From positions 8,261,787 through 8,286,852 of the forward strand of contig OZ199840.1 of assembly GCA_964304625.1 (NCBI GenBank): a DNA stretch of 25,066 nt, read 5' to 3'. Each line of letters begins with the position of its first letter. Position 1 is the stretch's first letter. The DNA comes from Kudoa neothunni. Taxonomy: Eukaryota > Animalia > Cnidaria. The notes beneath the pieces were generated by a model, which saw only the letters and a list, made by a program, of their open reading frames with translations, was not told where the DNA came from and ran no database searches. Both the position numbers and the translations under genes were made by a program. Shown in pieces: positions 22,355-25,066 of the stretch.

Positions 22355-24461
22355 ATGACGCAGGAACAACACGATATGAAGTTAGGAAGCGTGGCTCAAA
22401 CTTCCAACGCTCGTGAGAATACCACCGGGGGACAATGAAAAAGTTAAACTGAAACGTCGTATTGGATTGATTGGTGGATCCGGTCTTATTGTGGGATGTA
22501 TTATTGGTTCTGGTATATTTATTACGCCGGCAAGTATTCTCGAGGAGAGTGGGCTCGATTGGAGTTGCACTTATCATGTGGACTCTGTCGGGAGTTATAT
22601 CCATTCTTGGGGGTCTATGCTTTGCAGAGCTTGGCACGACTATTCCTGAAAGCGGGGCTGAATACAATTATATTTTGGAAGGCATTGGACCTATTCCCGC
22701 TTTTCTTTACATATGGACAAGTGTGTTTGTGATCAAACCAGCATGTGTAGCTATTGTTGCGATAACCGGCTCGACCTACATAGCTGAAGCGTTTTTCCCT
22801 CATTGTGTGGTTCCCGAAATGATCTACAAGTTGTTAGGGACTGTCATTATAGGTAAGATTTGTGATTGGGTTATTCTGGTTTTAATTTTTTATAGTGTCC
22901 ATCACACTACTTAACATGCTCAGTGTCAAATGGTCTATAAGACTAAACAACTGTTTTATGTATACTAAATTTATTGCAATTCTAATGTTTGTGGGAATTG
23001 GACTGGCCAACCTACGAAATCCAGGTCTATTTTCTGTACTTCATAAACTTAGATAATATATATATGTATGTAATATTGGTGTAGAAGCAAGAGCGTATTT
23101 TTTCGCATCCATTTGAGGGTTCCAAACTTAACGTTGGTTCTATTGGTATGGCATTCTTTCTGGCGTTATGGTCTTACGATGGATTCAACAATTTGAATTA
23201 TGCTGCCGAGAGATGATCAATCCTGACGTGTACTATAGACCTACTAATAATAAAAGTTGATATTGTTTTTAGGAATCTTCCCCGATCCATTATCGTAGGA
23301 ATGACTCTAGTAACGGTCTGTTATTTGGCTATCAATGTTTGCTTCATTGCGGCCCTCGGACCACATGCCATGCTAGAATCAAACGCAGTTGGTTTGGTAT
23401 GTCATATCGATTAAAAAAACTATGATTTAATTTTTATTATCATTTAGACTATTGGATATAGCTTTTTGGGTAAATTTAGTTGGATTGTTCCAGTTTTTGT
23501 TTCGTGTTGTACATTCGGTACAGAAATTTCAACTATTTTCGCTAATGGAAGGTAAAATATTCTTTGTTGTTTTAATCAGTTTAATTCTCCGTAAGATTGT
23601 TGTTTGTTGCTGGACGTAAAGGTCATCTTCCTTTGATACTTTCTTCCATCCATAGAGAATTGCATACTCCAATTCCTTCCCTTGCATTTACGGTTATTTT
23701 AGTTTATCCAAATTCCTGCTTATAATTTACTAGTTTTTTTATTTACGCGAAATTTTTTGTTAATGTACATTGATCATTTCATTTGCTTTTACTCATTTAT
23801 CCCTAAATTGAGAATTTCTCCCAGATAGTAATAATAATTTTATTATATATCATTGAATAATAGAACAAACTTGCATAGAAATTCCAAACCTAACATTTAT
23901 TTAAAATATATTTGAACTCTATTCATATAATTGTTATTTTTATAAGAATATGAAAATAACTTATTTTATAGGCAATAATTTCCCTTTTAATGTTGATACC
24001 AAGTGCCTCAAAACTTGGCAAATTGATTAATCTCTTCAGTTTTGCCATATGGTTCTTCTTTCTTTTGTGCTTCATTTCTCAAATATACCTTCGATATAAG
24101 AGACCCGATCTGAGAAGACCTTTTAAAGTAATTGCACCATTGGTCGTTTTTGCAAACTTTATTTAGGTGTGGATAGCTGTTCCTGTGATAATGTGCATAA
24201 TTTCCGTGATTCTCATGGTACTTCCTATTTTCCAAGATCCAACCAGCTTCGTCATAGCATCAGGTGTCATATTAGGGGGTGTGCCAGTTTATTGTATGTT
24301 TGTGGAATTCCGAAATAAATTACCTAAAGCAATTTTCAGCTGTTTTGGTAGTTGTAAATCTGGTTTTGTTGCGAATAATAAATCTCGTAGATAACATGTG
24401 CACATTCATTATGGACGTATACAATCTGCAAGTCGCTGAGAATGAGGAAGATATGGGTTGA
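22355..24461 (+). CDS. SLC7/LAT-family amino-acid transporter light chain (b0,+AT/SLC7A9-like), frame-disrupted in this sequence; exons 22355-22852, 22896-23024, 23085 (or 23092)-23229, 23273-23396, 23448-23551, 23596-23692, 23972-24127, 24167-24347, 24391-24461
   Basis: Motifs: LKRRIGL..G..LIVGCIIGSGIFITP; GGLCFAELGTTIPESGAEYNY; FFPHCVVP (heavy-chain disulfide Cys); LWSYDGFNNLNY; NLPRSI; RLLFVAGRKGHLP; TPIPSL; RPDLRRPFKV. All introns are GT-AG. Single-base corrections are needed at 22427-22431, 22551-22553 and ~23208-23212, and possibly 23098-23103. Confidence 0.9.
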
Positions 24462-24751
24462 CAGGAACGTTGATTGGACTCAAGTTAATTACTCCCATAA
24501 ATTAATCATACATTGTGGTTTGAATGAAGTCGTGTAAATTTCATGTTGCGCGTTTTAACATTTTAAAATGTGTGGTATTACCTCAATGTAATTTTCGTGT
24601 AAATAAAAAAAAACGTAGGCGTTTGAGTTGCCAGTTGAGATAACCAGTAATTCAGATACTTGATCTATACCACGGATAAACCTAATATTGTATATTAGAC
24701 TAATGGATATGAAAAAAAATCCAACTTTTACCCATAATCTATTCTCTAATA

Positions 24752-24839
24752 CAGTGGTTCCCAAACTTTTTTTGCAACGGAACTCTTTTTACATTCATTG
24801 TAATATAATGAAACCCCTATCTAAATTAACCCATTAAGG
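24752..24839 (+). mobile_element. hAT/Charlie-type MITE left end, interrupted by a second MITE
   Basis: CAGTGGTTCCCAAACTTTTTT preceded by the NNNTANNN target CTCTAATA. Confidence 0.7.
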
Positions 24840-25066
24840 CAGTGTTCCTCAATCTTTTTTCTATCGCACCCATTTTCTTTTAAAAAAAAGTTCTGACCCA
24901 CCCCTTTTCAAAAGTATTTATTTTTTTAAATTAAACTGTTTATAACATTGAATAAAGCTCGCTATAACATTAAAAATTGAAAGTAATTAATAAATACTTT
25001 GTTGTCATTATAATTAAAATGAATTGGATCAGATCTAATTTAATTTAACGATGAACCTGAAAAATT
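24840..25066 (+). mobile_element. hAT/Charlie-type MITE, same family as the copy at 1135; runs off the window end
   Basis: CAGTGTTCCTCAATCTTTTTTCTAT... is colinear with 1135-1362 through ...CGATGAACCT(T/G)AAAAATT. Target CATTAAGG. Confidence 0.85.

Noticed and set aside
22427-23215. Euplotes-style stop-codon frameshifting or an alternative genetic code
   Set aside because: The 22551 shift has no adjacent stop, the shifts differ in direction, and the other two genes translate cleanly in the standard code and end in TGA.
1135-25066. Direct repeats near the two ends of the window as LTRs or a segmental duplication
   Set aside because: Both begin with hAT-type CAGTG TIRs, have different target sites and are clearly diverged, so they are independent MITE copies.

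Overview
AT-rich eukaryotic (metazoan-type) genomic DNA. It has three spliced genes with very short introns (mostly 38-61 nt), and most of the rest is decayed DNA transposons. The genes, reconstructed by hand from GT-AG junctions, are: (1) PP1 inhibitor-2 (PPP1R2-like, +, 4 exons, about 141 aa); (2) a RUN + FYVE domain gene (RUFY-like, -, 15 exons, about 520 aa) that is barely visible in the ORF track; (3) an SLC7/LAT-family amino-acid transporter light chain (+, 9 exons) interrupted by 3-4 single-base indels. Transposons include four piggyBac remnants, a pogo/Tigger remnant, a hAT remnant, Charlie-type hAT MITEs, a TA-flanked Tc1/pogo-type MITE, and a young Merlin (IS1016/ISXO2-like) element with 54-bp TIRs and a perfect 9-bp TSD nested in a dead piggyBac. 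Tiny introns, divergent proteins, low GC and a heavy DNA-transposon load suggest a reduced parasitic metazoan such as a myxozoan; this is inference only. I found no clearly novel multi-gene system. The best leads are an identical GCGCATGCGT element next to the start codon of both intact genes, a TATA-preceded GC-rich structured segment near 18 kb (candidate small RNA), the frameshifts in an otherwise intact SLC7 gene, and an apparent host-sized intron in the Tigger transposase.
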